From Candidatus Saccharimonadales bacterium (GTDB lineage Bacteria > Patescibacteriota > Saccharimonadia > Saccharimonadales > UBA10212), in contig JBEKOJ010000001.1 of the NCBI GenBank assembly GCA_049521895.1, forward strand, positions 290,717 through 354,716: a stretch of 64,000 bases of DNA, given 5' to 3'. The notes under the pieces are model-generated. The model made no database searches and was not told where the DNA came from. It saw only the letters and a list, made by a program, of their open reading frames with translations. Both the position numbers and the translations under genes were made by a program. The stretch's first letter is position 1. Every line of letters starts with the position of its first letter. Below, one piece after another: positions 45,376 to 54,414 of the stretch.

Positions 45376-46065
45376 TTATCGATAGTCCTTCAAGGCGGCG
45401 ATGGCGGCGGCGACCTGGGCGGCTTGTTTGCTGGAGCCTGTGCCTTCGCCCTTAGACTGGTTATCAACAAAAACGCCCACCACAAACGTTTTGTCATGAT
45501 CCGGACCATCTTCGCTCAAGACCTTATAGACTGGCGTAAAACCGTCGCGGCTCTGCGCCATTTCTTGTAGCTGCGACTTGGGGTCTAACCATGAGCCGCT
45601 GTGCAGAATGTAGTCTAGACTTGGCAGCAAGGTTTTCTCAATAAAACTCTTTGCGGCGTCGTAGCCTTTATCTAGATATAAAGCCCCGACGACCGCCTCG
45701 TAGCAATTGGCCAAAATTTGCTGGCGGGCGCGCTCGGAGCCGCGTTTTTCGCCACGTGATAGCCTGAGCAAAGACTCAAAACCCTCTTTGGCCGCAGCCT
45801 CGCTAATACTTTCAGTGCGAACTAGGGCGCTGCGCCAGTTGGTCAAAATGCCTTCCGGCTCTTTAAAATTACTGTAAAGGTTTTCAGTAACTACCAGCTC
45901 AAGCACCGCGTCGCCCAAAAATTCCAAGCGCTCGTTATGCTCAGCTGCTGTTTTACGGTGTTCGTTGAGGTATGAGCGATGAGTAAAAGCAGTGATTAAA
46001 AGCTCGATGTCGGAAAATCCGCCGAAATGTGTGTCCGCAAAATTTTTATATATTGAAGTATCCAT
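45376..46065 (-). CDS. rnc: Ribonuclease III
   Basis: NERLEFLGDAVLE signature with a C-terminal dsRBD. Confidence 0.9.
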   Translation of the reverse strand: MDTSIYKNFADTHFGGFSDIELLITAFTHRSYLNEHRKTAAEHNERLEFLGDAVLELVVTENLYSNFKEPEGILTNWRSALVRTESISEAAAKEGFESLLRLSRGEKRGSERARQQILANCYEAVVGALYLDKGYDAAKSFIEKTLLPSLDYILHSGSWLDPKSQLQEMAQSRDGFTPVYKVLSEDGPDHDKTFVVGVFVDNQSKGEGTGSSKQAAQVAAAIAALKDYR

Positions 46066-46086
46066 GTTCTTTTAAATTATCTCCTG

Positions 46087-46584
46087 TTACAGATTATGTT
46101 TCCTGATTTTCTTTAGGCCCAGCAATATCAATTTGCCTATGTCCTCATACTCGATTTTTTCCAGGGCTTCATTGGCTGGCAGCCATTCCAAACCTTTCAT
46201 CCATTTTTCGGGCCTGACTTTATCGGTATTGCCAAGTGCCTGCACCAGAAAGATCTCGGTGGTCATTAGCACCAGGCTACTGTCGCGGCGGTAGCGAAAA
46301 TTAATTTTACCCAACCAGTCCAAGACTTTCATCTCCTGCAGACCAACTTCTTCTCGAATCTCCCGCTGGGCGGTCTCACTGGCTTTTTCAGTCTCTTCTA
46401 TGTGGCCCTTGGGTATGGTCCAGCGACCCCGGGAATCCTGGATTAATAGAATATCAATAGTCGGACTACCCGCTGCCCGGCGAAAAATTATACCACCGGC
46501 GGTAGGCTCGCGCACAACTTCGTTGATGGCCGGCCGGCGGTGGACAAATTTACGAAACCCTTTGATGGGATTAGGCCGTTTCAT
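46087..46584 (-). CDS. NUDIX hydrolase
   Basis: Nudix box GHIEETEKASETAQREIREEVGL. Confidence 0.85.
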   Translation of the reverse strand: MKRPNPIKGFRKFVHRRPAINEVVREPTAGGIIFRRAAGSPTIDILLIQDSRGRWTIPKGHIEETEKASETAQREIREEVGLQEMKVLDWLGKINFRYRRDSSLVLMTTEIFLVQALGNTDKVRPEKWMKGLEWLPANEALEKIEYEDIGKLILLGLKKIRKHNL

Positions 46585-46595
46585 ATATTAAAGAG

Positions 46596-47078
46596 TTATT
46601 CCTTCTTGGCTTTGGTTGGTTTTCTAGTAGTTTTTTTGGTCTTTTTGGCAGCAGCTTCGAGGTTGCGCAACACCGTACCGAGCACACCGTTAACAAACTT
46701 AGATGAGTTATCACCGCCAAAAGCTTTGGCCAGTTCGACCGCCTCATTAATCACCACCTTTGGCGGCACACCGCGCTCAAATGTCAGCTCATAAACGCCT
46801 ATACGCAAGATTATGCGGTCCATGCGGGCGATTTGCTCAATCGGCCACTCTGGAGCTACCGGGCGTATGATGTCATCCAAGCTTTTCTGGTGAGCTTCAA
46901 CGCCGTGCACCAACTTCTCAATAAAGGTCTTGTCGTCGATGGTCTCGCTGTAGCGCCCGATGTTGCGCGCCAGCACTTCATCAAGTACCAGATCTTTATC
47001 TTCGCACTCACGGCGGAAATCTTGCTCATACAGGGTCTGTAGAGCGACTATTCTACCAAGGTGACGGTTAGCACTCAT
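46596..47078 (-). CDS. nusB: Transcription antitermination factor NusB
   Basis: NusB-like helical protein (ALQTLYE..., INEAVELAK) with a basic C-terminal tail. Confidence 0.85.
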   Translation of the reverse strand: MSANRHLGRIVALQTLYEQDFRRECEDKDLVLDEVLARNIGRYSETIDDKTFIEKLVHGVEAHQKSLDDIIRPVAPEWPIEQIARMDRIILRIGVYELTFERGVPPKVVINEAVELAKAFGGDNSSKFVNGVLGTVLRNLEAAAKKTKKTTRKPTKAKKE

Positions 47079-47168
47079 ATTGTTAAGTCTTCCTTTTTAT
47101 GATGGAGGCCTTAAGCTTTATTATAGCTTACTAAAAGTCTACTTAAGCCCACGGCCCCTGATAAAAAG

Positions 47169-47324
47169 TTATTTTTTGTCCGCGAGTTCACGATCCAGCT
47201 CGCTGCGTTTAGCGTAAACCCGCACCGGGCTTTTAGCGTTGACCCGCCTGGCCAATTTGAGCAATTGGTGGCTGCGCCGGTTACCGGTGCGCCTAGAGCT
47301 CGTACGTTTTTTGGGCTTGCCCAT
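47169..47324 (-). CDS. rpmF: 50S ribosomal protein L32
   Basis: Not in the ORF track (51 aa). Manual translation: MGKPKKRTSSRRTGNRRSHQLLKLARRVNAKSPVRVYAKRSELDRELADKK. AAGGAAAG SD upstream. Confidence 0.8.
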   Translation of the reverse strand: MGKPKKRTSSRRTGNRRSHQLLKLARRVNAKSPVRVYAKRSELDRELADKK

Positions 47325-47370
47325 ACAAAGCTTTCCTTATCTGCTCAAATATTAATTGTGGCTTGCGGCC

Positions 47371-47399
47371 ATTATATCTGTTAGGTAGGATGATTACAA
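47371..47399 (-). promoter_or_regulatory. Putative rpmF promoter
   Basis: On the minus strand: TTGTAA, a 17-nt spacer, then TATAAT. It directly abuts element E3. Confidence 0.5.
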
Positions 47400-47558
47400 G
47401 CCCGGTAGTAGACTTTCGAGTCAACTCGTCACAGCATGAAATATTTATTCGACAACGTGAGCATAACTTGGCCGACAATCTTTCAACTACTGATAGACAG
47501 TCTGACGAGCTGAGGCTCTCGGGGTATGTCGAATAATCTCGAAAGTCTACTACCGGGC
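47400..47558. repeat. TIR hairpin element E3 (159 bp)
   Basis: Perfect 21-bp terminal inverted repeat GCCCGGTAGTAGACTTTCGAG / CTCGAAAGTCTACTACCGGGC. Homologous to E4. Confidence 0.7.
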
Positions 47559-47563
47559 AAGAA

Positions 47564-50476
47564 TTAACTTACAACTAGGCTAATTAGGCGGCCAGGCACA
47601 TAAATGGCTTTTTTGATAGTTCTGCCCTTTAGATATTCGGCCGCTTTCTCATCTGTTCTAGCGGCTTCTATGGCCGATTTTTCATCGATATCGGCCGGTA
47701 CCATAATCTCGGTGCGGACTTTGCCGTTGATCTGCACGGCTAAGGTTAGCGTCTCTTCTTTAACTAAAGATTCATCCCAATGCGGCCAATTGCTTATATG
47801 AACTGACTCCTCGTGACCTAAGTCCCGCCACATCTCTTCGGCGATGTGCGGCGCGAATGGTGCCAGCAGTTGCACCAAATTATTAATAACAAAAACCCAG
47901 GCCGGAGTTTTACTTACCCCCGGCTCACCCTTAAGTCGATAAAGCTCGTTTACGCCTGCCATCATGGCGGCAATCGCGGTATTGAAATCCAGTTTTTCTA
48001 GATCGTTGGTGACTTTTTTGATCATCCGGTGGGTAGCCGCGATTAATGCTACCTCGTCGATATCAGCCCGGGGCTCAGTCTTGGCTGCTGTGTATTCGTC
48101 AACCAGAGTCCACACACGCTCCAAAAAGCGCCGGGTACCGGCAATACCGCCCATGCTGTATGGCCCGCCTTGGTCGTAGGGGCCCATAAACATCAGATAT
48201 AGCCGCAAGCTGTCGGCGCCGTAACTTTTGACCTGTTCGTCCGGACTGACCACATTGCCGCGGGATTTGCTCATTTTTTGGCCATCCAGACCCAAAATTA
48301 TTCCCTGGTTGGTCAGTTTCTTGAACGGCTCGTCAAATGCCAGGCCGTAATTATCGTGCAAGAATTTGGTCACAAAACGGGCGTATAACAGATGCAGAAT
48401 AGCGTGTTCGATGCCGCCGATGTAGTGGTCAACTGGCGCCCACTTGTTAATGATGTCTTCGTCAAAAGGTGCTTTGTTGTTCTGATTGTCCAGGTAGCGC
48501 AAAAAATACCAGCTGCTGCACACAAAAGTATCCATGGTATCAGTCTCGCGCTTGGCCGGCTTGCCGCACTTAGGGCACTTGGTATTTACAAAATCTTTTC
48601 GGCTCTGCAGCGGTGATTGGCCGGAAAGTTCAAACTCCACGTCCTCGGGCAAGATTACCGGCAAATCCTCTTCTGGAACAGGTACGGTGCCGCAACCATC
48701 GCAATAAATAATTGGAATCGGCGTACCCCAGTAGCGCTGGCGGCTGATTAGCCAGTCTCGCAGCCGGTAGTTGGTTTGCTCTTTGGCGATTCCCTCTTTA
48801 ACCAGATTAGTAACGATTTTTTCGCGCGCTTCACTGCTGTTCAGTCCATCGTATTGGCCCGAATTTACCAGGACACCCTCGCCAACATAAGCTCCGGCTT
48901 CATACAGCTGACCATGTTTATAGGCTACTGCCGCGGCTTTAGCACGGTTGCACATCTCCAGCCAGTGGTTCACGCCTCCGCCTAGACGGATTATGCCTTC
49001 GCGTATCTTGCCCATCGACTGCCATTCAGGGTGGAATTTTTCATGGGCTTCAAGCTTCGTTGCTACCCCCGGGATAGCTTTTGCTACCGCTAAATAGCCT
49101 TGGCCGAATGATTTGCGGTTAATTTTTTTGAGGTCATTAAAATAATGTGAGTAGACCGGATCACCAAGCGGAATTAGTGCTTCAATATCTGTGATACCAG
49201 TTTCTTCAGCCAGCTCCCGCCGGGCGCACTGTTCCATCGTCTCATTTTTTGCACGGCCACCGCCCACTAAGCCTGTGCCTTTAGTCCAGCCGCTCAAACC
49301 AAGATATAAACCGGTCTTTGGATCATATGGAATAACAACCGCCCCTTCCACGTATTGCTCATCCAGCAGGGACTCGCCAAAATCTTGGGCGATAACCATT
49401 TTGATGGGCAGATCGAACTTTTTAGCAAACTGCCGGTCGCGTTCATCGTGGGCGGGCACGGCCATAATGGCCCCCGTGCCGTAGCCCATCAGCACATAAT
49501 CGGCTACCCAAATAGGGACTTTCTCTTTAGTGCCCGGGTTAATCGCGTAGGCGCCGGTGAATACTCCGGTTTTGTCCTTTTCACCCTCTTTGCGTTCCAG
49601 CTCGGTCTTAAAACTGGCTTTTTTGATGTAATCAACAACCTGGCTTTTCTGTTCTGGCGTTGCCAATTTTTCAGCCAGTGGATGCTCCGGAGCCAGCACT
49701 ATATAAGTTGCGCCAAATAGCGTATCCGGACGGGTAGTAAACACCTGGATCTTGTGCTTTTTGTCCTCGGTGGCAAAATCAATCAGCACGCCGCGGCTTC
49801 CGCCGATCCAGTTAATCTGCATGGTTTTGACGCGGGTCGGCCAATCGACTTTTTCTAAGTCTGTTAGCAGCCGTTTGGTATAGTCGGTGATCTTAAAAAA
49901 CCATTGCTCCATTTCTTTTTGGATGACTGGCGTACCGCAACGTTCACAACGGTTTTCATCGCCAACAACCTGTTCATTAGCCAATACTGTTTGGTCTTTG
50001 GGGCACCAGTTAACGACCGCTTTCGCCCGGTAAGTCAGTTTGTGCTTGTAAAGCTGCAAGAACAGCCACTGGTTCCAGTGGTAATAACCCGGGTCACAAG
50101 TTGATAGGGTGCGCGACCAATCGTAGCTGGCGCCAATTTGGCCTATTTGTTTGGTCATAGTAGCAATGTTCTGGTGAGTCCACTTGGCGGGCTGGATGCC
50201 GCGTTCTATAGCGGCATTCTCTGCCGGTAGCCCAAAAGCATCAAAGCCGATAGTCTGCAGCACATTCTGGCCTAACATTCGTCTAAATCGAGCGACTGTA
50301 TCGGTGGGCGCAAAGTTGTACCAATGGCCAACATGCAAATCGCCCGACGGATAGGGCAGCATTGGAATAATATAAAATTTGTCGGCCGTGCGGCCCATAT
50401 CAACCTTATATAAATTAGACTCTGCCCAAATCTTCTGCCACTTGGGCTCAATTTCCTGCGGATTATAACGCCTCAT
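47564..50476 (-). CDS. leuS: Leucine--tRNA ligase with embedded Nudix domain
   Basis: HVGH (HIGH-type) and KMSKS motifs plus a CP1 editing domain. An extra ~170 aa (aa ~363-532) contains a perfect Nudix box. Confidence 0.95.
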   Translation of the reverse strand: MRRYNPQEIEPKWQKIWAESNLYKVDMGRTADKFYIIPMLPYPSGDLHVGHWYNFAPTDTVARFRRMLGQNVLQTIGFDAFGLPAENAAIERGIQPAKWTHQNIATMTKQIGQIGASYDWSRTLSTCDPGYYHWNQWLFLQLYKHKLTYRAKAVVNWCPKDQTVLANEQVVGDENRCERCGTPVIQKEMEQWFFKITDYTKRLLTDLEKVDWPTRVKTMQINWIGGSRGVLIDFATEDKKHKIQVFTTRPDTLFGATYIVLAPEHPLAEKLATPEQKSQVVDYIKKASFKTELERKEGEKDKTGVFTGAYAINPGTKEKVPIWVADYVLMGYGTGAIMAVPAHDERDRQFAKKFDLPIKMVIAQDFGESLLDEQYVEGAVVIPYDPKTGLYLGLSGWTKGTGLVGGGRAKNETMEQCARRELAEETGITDIEALIPLGDPVYSHYFNDLKKINRKSFGQGYLAVAKAIPGVATKLEAHEKFHPEWQSMGKIREGIIRLGGGVNHWLEMCNRAKAAAVAYKHGQLYEAGAYVGEGVLVNSGQYDGLNSSEAREKIVTNLVKEGIAKEQTNYRLRDWLISRQRYWGTPIPIIYCDGCGTVPVPEEDLPVILPEDVEFELSGQSPLQSRKDFVNTKCPKCGKPAKRETDTMDTFVCSSWYFLRYLDNQNNKAPFDEDIINKWAPVDHYIGGIEHAILHLLYARFVTKFLHDNYGLAFDEPFKKLTNQGIILGLDGQKMSKSRGNVVSPDEQVKSYGADSLRLYLMFMGPYDQGGPYSMGGIAGTRRFLERVWTLVDEYTAAKTEPRADIDEVALIAATHRMIKKVTNDLEKLDFNTAIAAMMAGVNELYRLKGEPGVSKTPAWVFVINNLVQLLAPFAPHIAEEMWRDLGHEESVHISNWPHWDESLVKEETLTLAVQINGKVRTEIMVPADIDEKSAIEAARTDEKAAEYLKGRTIKKAIYVPGRLISLVVS

Positions 50477-50510
50477 CCTGCCTCTATTTTAACAGAGATG
50501 TGTGTAGTTT

Positions 50511-51680
50511 TTAGAACTGTTTTAGAAAGTTGGTACTAAAGGTGGTGTTGAGTTTTTGCTGGCTTGCCCAGCGTTCTTCGGCCAGATTAACCAGCCTGGT
50601 CACCAGATCAACATTGGAGATACCGGCCCTGGCCCAGTTGTGGGCATACAGGCTACCCGGCAAGGGGTTAACTTCGTTAAAGTAGACCTTTTCGGTTTTG
50701 GAATCGATTAGCAAATCTACGCGGGCAATACCACTGCAGCCCAATACTTTATAAACACTTATCCCTAGATTTTCGGCTTTTTTATAGAGGTCTTCTGGCA
50801 GTTTGGCTGGCAGTTCACTGTAACCCTGAGATCCTCTTTTGCCGCCCATCTTCTTGCCGCCCATTTTTTTACCATTCCCGAGATATTTGGTATCAAAGTC
50901 AAAGAAATCTTCAGGGCTGGTTAGGGGATGTTCTAACAGAGCTGGCGTAGGCTCTTCGTTGCCAATAATGGGCAGGGTCACCTCGATCAGGTTTTGAACG
51001 CTTTCTTCAACGATCACTTTATCGTCATAGTGGCTGGCTACTTCCAGAGCGTTGGCCAGCTCGGTTTCTTTTTCAACCTTGGATATACCGATGCTTGATC
51101 CGAGGTGCGCCGGCTTCACAAACAGCGGATATTTAAGTTTCTTAATAGACTCGAGGACTTGTTTATGGGTAGCAGATAGATCTCGGCTATAGAACCACAG
51201 CCAGGCGTTGCTTTCTATGCCCGAGGCTTCGGCCACCTGTTTGGCCAGTGCTTTGTCCATAGCCACAGCGCTGGAAGCCATATCGCAACCGACAAACGGC
51301 ACGTTGGCCATCTGGAGTAGGCCCATCAGTTCGCCATCCTCGCCGTGAGTACCATGCATCGCCGGAAAAACTACGTCAATCTTGCGGTACATCTTGCGGC
51401 CGGCAAACTGGCTGGATTTTACTAAAGTTAGACCGTTATCAAACAACAGATGAATTTTGGGCGCCTTGCGCATAAATTCATCAATTTCACCGGATTGGTA
51501 GAGGGCAATGTCTTTGAGCTTATCATCCCAGTACCAGCTGCCATCTTTAGCTATATAGACCGCTTCTACCCTGTATTGTTTAGTAAGTTCCAGCGGTTTA
51601 ATGATACTGGCCAGTGCCGTTATGATCGAAACATCGTGCTCAGTTGAACGCCCGCCGAAGATGACCGCAATAGTTTTCAT
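50511..51680 (-). CDS. ddl: D-alanine--D-alanine ligase
   Basis: IAVIFGGRSTEHDVSI and an ATP-grasp core. Contains a GGKKMGGKKMGGKRG insert. Confidence 0.9.
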   Translation of the reverse strand: MKTIAVIFGGRSTEHDVSIITALASIIKPLELTKQYRVEAVYIAKDGSWYWDDKLKDIALYQSGEIDEFMRKAPKIHLLFDNGLTLVKSSQFAGRKMYRKIDVVFPAMHGTHGEDGELMGLLQMANVPFVGCDMASSAVAMDKALAKQVAEASGIESNAWLWFYSRDLSATHKQVLESIKKLKYPLFVKPAHLGSSIGISKVEKETELANALEVASHYDDKVIVEESVQNLIEVTLPIIGNEEPTPALLEHPLTSPEDFFDFDTKYLGNGKKMGGKKMGGKRGSQGYSELPAKLPEDLYKKAENLGISVYKVLGCSGIARVDLLIDSKTEKVYFNEVNPLPGSLYAHNWARAGISNVDLVTRLVNLAEERWASQQKLNTTFSTNFLKQF

Positions 51681-51741
51681 AAGCTTGATGATACGCCTCC
51701 CCGAGCGCTTGTCAACAATTTATACATACAATTAACGTATC

Positions 51742-53184
51742 CTATTTGTAATTATCCGGCCAATCGTTTTGCATTAGTAGCAAATCACCGGCTGCTACTA
51801 ATTTATCAAGATTGGTATAAAAATTAAGGGGGTCATCCTCTATAACCACTTGCCCTTTAAAATCGCCTAAGCCCTCTACGATGTCATCTGTCACGGAGTG
51901 TTTCATCAACACCACTAGATCTGGGGCGGCTTTGGCTATTTCGCTACCCAACTCCCGGTGAATTTTGCCGCTCTCTGCCCCCTGGTCAACCAGACCCGGC
52001 GTAACATAGATTTTACGCTTGGCGGGCAGGTTTTTAAGGAGTTCCAGACCGGCTTTCATGCCCTCGATGTTGCCGTTGTATGTGTCGTCGATTATCCAAG
52101 CGCCGGAGAGTTGGTAAGGCTTCATGCGGTGCTCAAATGCCGGCACCTTAGTAACACCCTTTTCAATCTGCCTTTCGCTTAGTCCAAGTCTGTCGGCCAG
52201 CACCGCCGCCATTGCCAAAGGCGCAACCTGGTGCTTGCCCAGCAGCCGGCTTTTTATCTGTAGCACTTTATCGCCTTTTTGTATCTTAAAACTTAGGCCA
52301 TCTAAGCTAACTTTGATGCCCTCTACGGTCCAATCTCCAGCTTTTTGGGAATTAAATAACAGATACCCAGGCTTAATAAATGATTTGACCCCGTCGGCCT
52401 CGGTATTTACATAAACATTTTTGCCACCAAGATAATCAGCCAAAGAAAAAATATCCTCACCGGCTTTTTGCAAAGTCTTGTATTTATCAAGGTGCGCCGG
52501 AGCCAAACCGGTAATAATGCCAATGTCGGGCTGGGTGATTTTTGTAAATCTTTTAATATCGCCGGGGGCGCCCTCGCCATATTCAATAATCAAAACGTCT
52601 TCATCGCCGCTCAGGCTCCTGGCAAAATTAGCGTGGCTAATGGCTACGTTTTTGTTGGCTGGGGTGGCCGCGACTTTTTTGCCTTCCGACAAAACCGCCA
52701 GCAATATCTCCTTCATGGTGGTTTTGCCGTAGCTGCCGGCAACCGCGATCTTAACAGCTTGGTGGCCAGCAAAGCCCTTCTTGGAGGCACGCACTCGGAC
52801 CAAGTGGTACGGTCTAATAATCAGCCAACGCCCAAGCACCAAGGGCACAACTACCAAATTAGCCCAAACTACTGGCGCGGATAGCACGAACAGCACCAAA
52901 AATATCAACTCAATAACCGCCATATGGATATTTCTCTGGAAGAGGTAGGCCGCAAAAACTAGTTGGGCCAGCATGCCTAGGCGCATGAAGGCCAAGAGCA
53001 GCCCTGCGGGCTTTGTAACAACCAGCTGTTTTCTATGCATTACGCGGCTAAAGTCATCTGTCCGTAACAGCCAATTCAGGTATGCCGCGACATCATATTC
53101 GCTGGCTTGCAGCATATAAACAACAGTTCGGCTAAAGCGCGGGCTGTATAGACTAAGTACACCTTTCATCCTCTTAGCCCTCAA
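51742..53184 (-). CDS. murF: Mur ligase family protein (MurF-like) with N-terminal TM segment
   Basis: AVAGSYGKTTMKE P-loop with Mur ligase middle and C domains. Adjacent to ddl. Confidence 0.75.
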   Translation of the reverse strand: MRAKRMKGVLSLYSPRFSRTVVYMLQASEYDVAAYLNWLLRTDDFSRVMHRKQLVVTKPAGLLLAFMRLGMLAQLVFAAYLFQRNIHMAVIELIFLVLFVLSAPVVWANLVVVPLVLGRWLIIRPYHLVRVRASKKGFAGHQAVKIAVAGSYGKTTMKEILLAVLSEGKKVAATPANKNVAISHANFARSLSGDEDVLIIEYGEGAPGDIKRFTKITQPDIGIITGLAPAHLDKYKTLQKAGEDIFSLADYLGGKNVYVNTEADGVKSFIKPGYLLFNSQKAGDWTVEGIKVSLDGLSFKIQKGDKVLQIKSRLLGKHQVAPLAMAAVLADRLGLSERQIEKGVTKVPAFEHRMKPYQLSGAWIIDDTYNGNIEGMKAGLELLKNLPAKRKIYVTPGLVDQGAESGKIHRELGSEIAKAAPDLVVLMKHSVTDDIVEGLGDFKGQVVIEDDPLNFYTNLDKLVAAGDLLLMQNDWPDNYK

Positions 53185-53995
53185 CTATAAAATCGGTTAT
53201 GAGCTCGGCTATTTGATGGGGCTGCTCGTGGTGTACAAAGTGTCCGGCGCCGGCAATCGGCACAAGCTCGGAATTAACGATAGCGGTGGCCAGCAGTTCG
53301 CCGTAGCTTGGCGGTGTCATTTTGTCAGAGCTGCCGTAAATTAGCAGCGTATGTTGCTTTAATTTGGCGGCATCGGCCTGTACGTCCTCGCCCACTACTT
53401 TGCGAAAAGTTTCTTCCAGCTGAGGCAAAAGCGTAGCATCAGAGCCAATAGATTTATAAAACCGCCCCTTGATTTTATTTCTAGCGCTACTTGGCAGAAA
53501 AAACGTCGCGGCTTTGCCGCTTTTTGCCGCTACGCTTAACAGTTTCTTTCGGGTTTGGCGCCGGTCGCGCACCCCAGCTGAAGCAATCAACACTAATTTT
53601 TCGGCCTTTAGCTTACCGCTGCTTAGGCCTTTGATAGCTATTGAGCCGCCGTTGGAATGGGCAATAATAGCACCGACCTTATCAACCCCGATTTTTTTCA
53701 GCCACGCGGCTATAAAATTGGCATAATCGTCCAGCCCCCACGCCGTATCTGGCGCCTGGGTGCCACCAAAACCCGGTAAGTCTAAGGTCAGAACTTCGTA
53801 TTTCCTCGGGATAATGTCAATTAACGGATCAAAGGTATCCCCTTTGTCGCCCCAGCCATGCAAAAACAATAAAACTTTACCCTCGCCGGTTTTTTGGTAG
53901 TTAGTCATCAGGCTGTTAACAACTACGTTCATGCTTAAAGTATAGCAAGATAAGGGGTTTGAGGGGTTCTTTTCCAAAGAACCAAATGTTTTCAC
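53174..53995 (-). CDS. Alpha/beta hydrolase
   Basis: LLFLHGWGD and nucleophile elbow AHSNGG. Confidence 0.75.
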   Translation of the reverse strand: MKTFGSLEKNPSNPLSCYTLSMNVVVNSLMTNYQKTGEGKVLLFLHGWGDKGDTFDPLIDIIPRKYEVLTLDLPGFGGTQAPDTAWGLDDYANFIAAWLKKIGVDKVGAIIAHSNGGSIAIKGLSSGKLKAEKLVLIASAGVRDRRQTRKKLLSVAAKSGKAATFFLPSSARNKIKGRFYKSIGSDATLLPQLEETFRKVVGEDVQADAAKLKQHTLLIYGSSDKMTPPSYGELLATAIVNSELVPIAGAGHFVHHEQPHQIAELITDFIVEG

Positions 53996-54179
53996 ACTTT
54001 ATAGCGTAAAGGTGTGACCAAAGCGCCGGGCTGCGTTTTTTCTTGATAAACTCACTGGTCAACAAGAACAACAGCCTCAGGAACTCGGTCCGTTGGTCCC
54101 TCAGACAGCCTTCGGGCTTAAAAGTTGTTTTGTTGACGTGAAGTTATCAGGAAAAAGCCGATGCCCGGACCCTTATAAA

Positions 54180-54203
54180 AAATACTTAACTTGTTAAGTA
54201 TTT
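54180..54203. promoter_or_regulatory. 24-bp palindrome, family site C
   Basis: Perfect AAATACTTAAC-TT-GTTAAGTATTT at the left edge of the GC-rich pyrF segment. Confidence 0.45.
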
Positions 54204-54223
54204 CTGTAGTTGGGCATGAAGAA

Positions 54224-54243
54224 GGCGGAGCTTTCGCTCCGCC
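54224..54243 (-). terminator. GC-rich hairpin downstream of pyrF
   Basis: GGCGGAGC-tttc-GCTCCGCC. On the minus strand it is followed by TTCTTCAT. Confidence 0.35.
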
Positions 54244-54414
54244 CTTGCCGGGTGTTTCCCGGGCTTTTGTCCGTTCTGACCGACGGACATCGGTTGGTGT
54301 TCTTTGATCACCCCTCTCGCCGTTCGACGTGCAATTTGCACTTCCACCCGGGCACCAGCCGGATGTGGATGCTCACAGTTGTACCTCGGATCTTAAAAGT
54401 CACTCTGTCTCCTC

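Noticed and set aside
47293-47478. 61-aa minus-strand ORF
   Set aside because: It overlaps the rpmF start, its promoter and the E3 inverted repeat. The real gene here is the 51-aa L32 ORF (47169..47324), which is missing from the ORF track.
47400-47558. E3/E4 as 6S RNA, RNase P RNA or SRP RNA
   Set aside because: CGAAAGTCTAC superficially recalls the RNase P GGAAAGTCC box, but the elements are about 155 nt, occur in multiple copies, and lack the other conserved regions. The 6S idea cannot be excluded without a covariance search, but multiple homologous copies argue for a repeat family.
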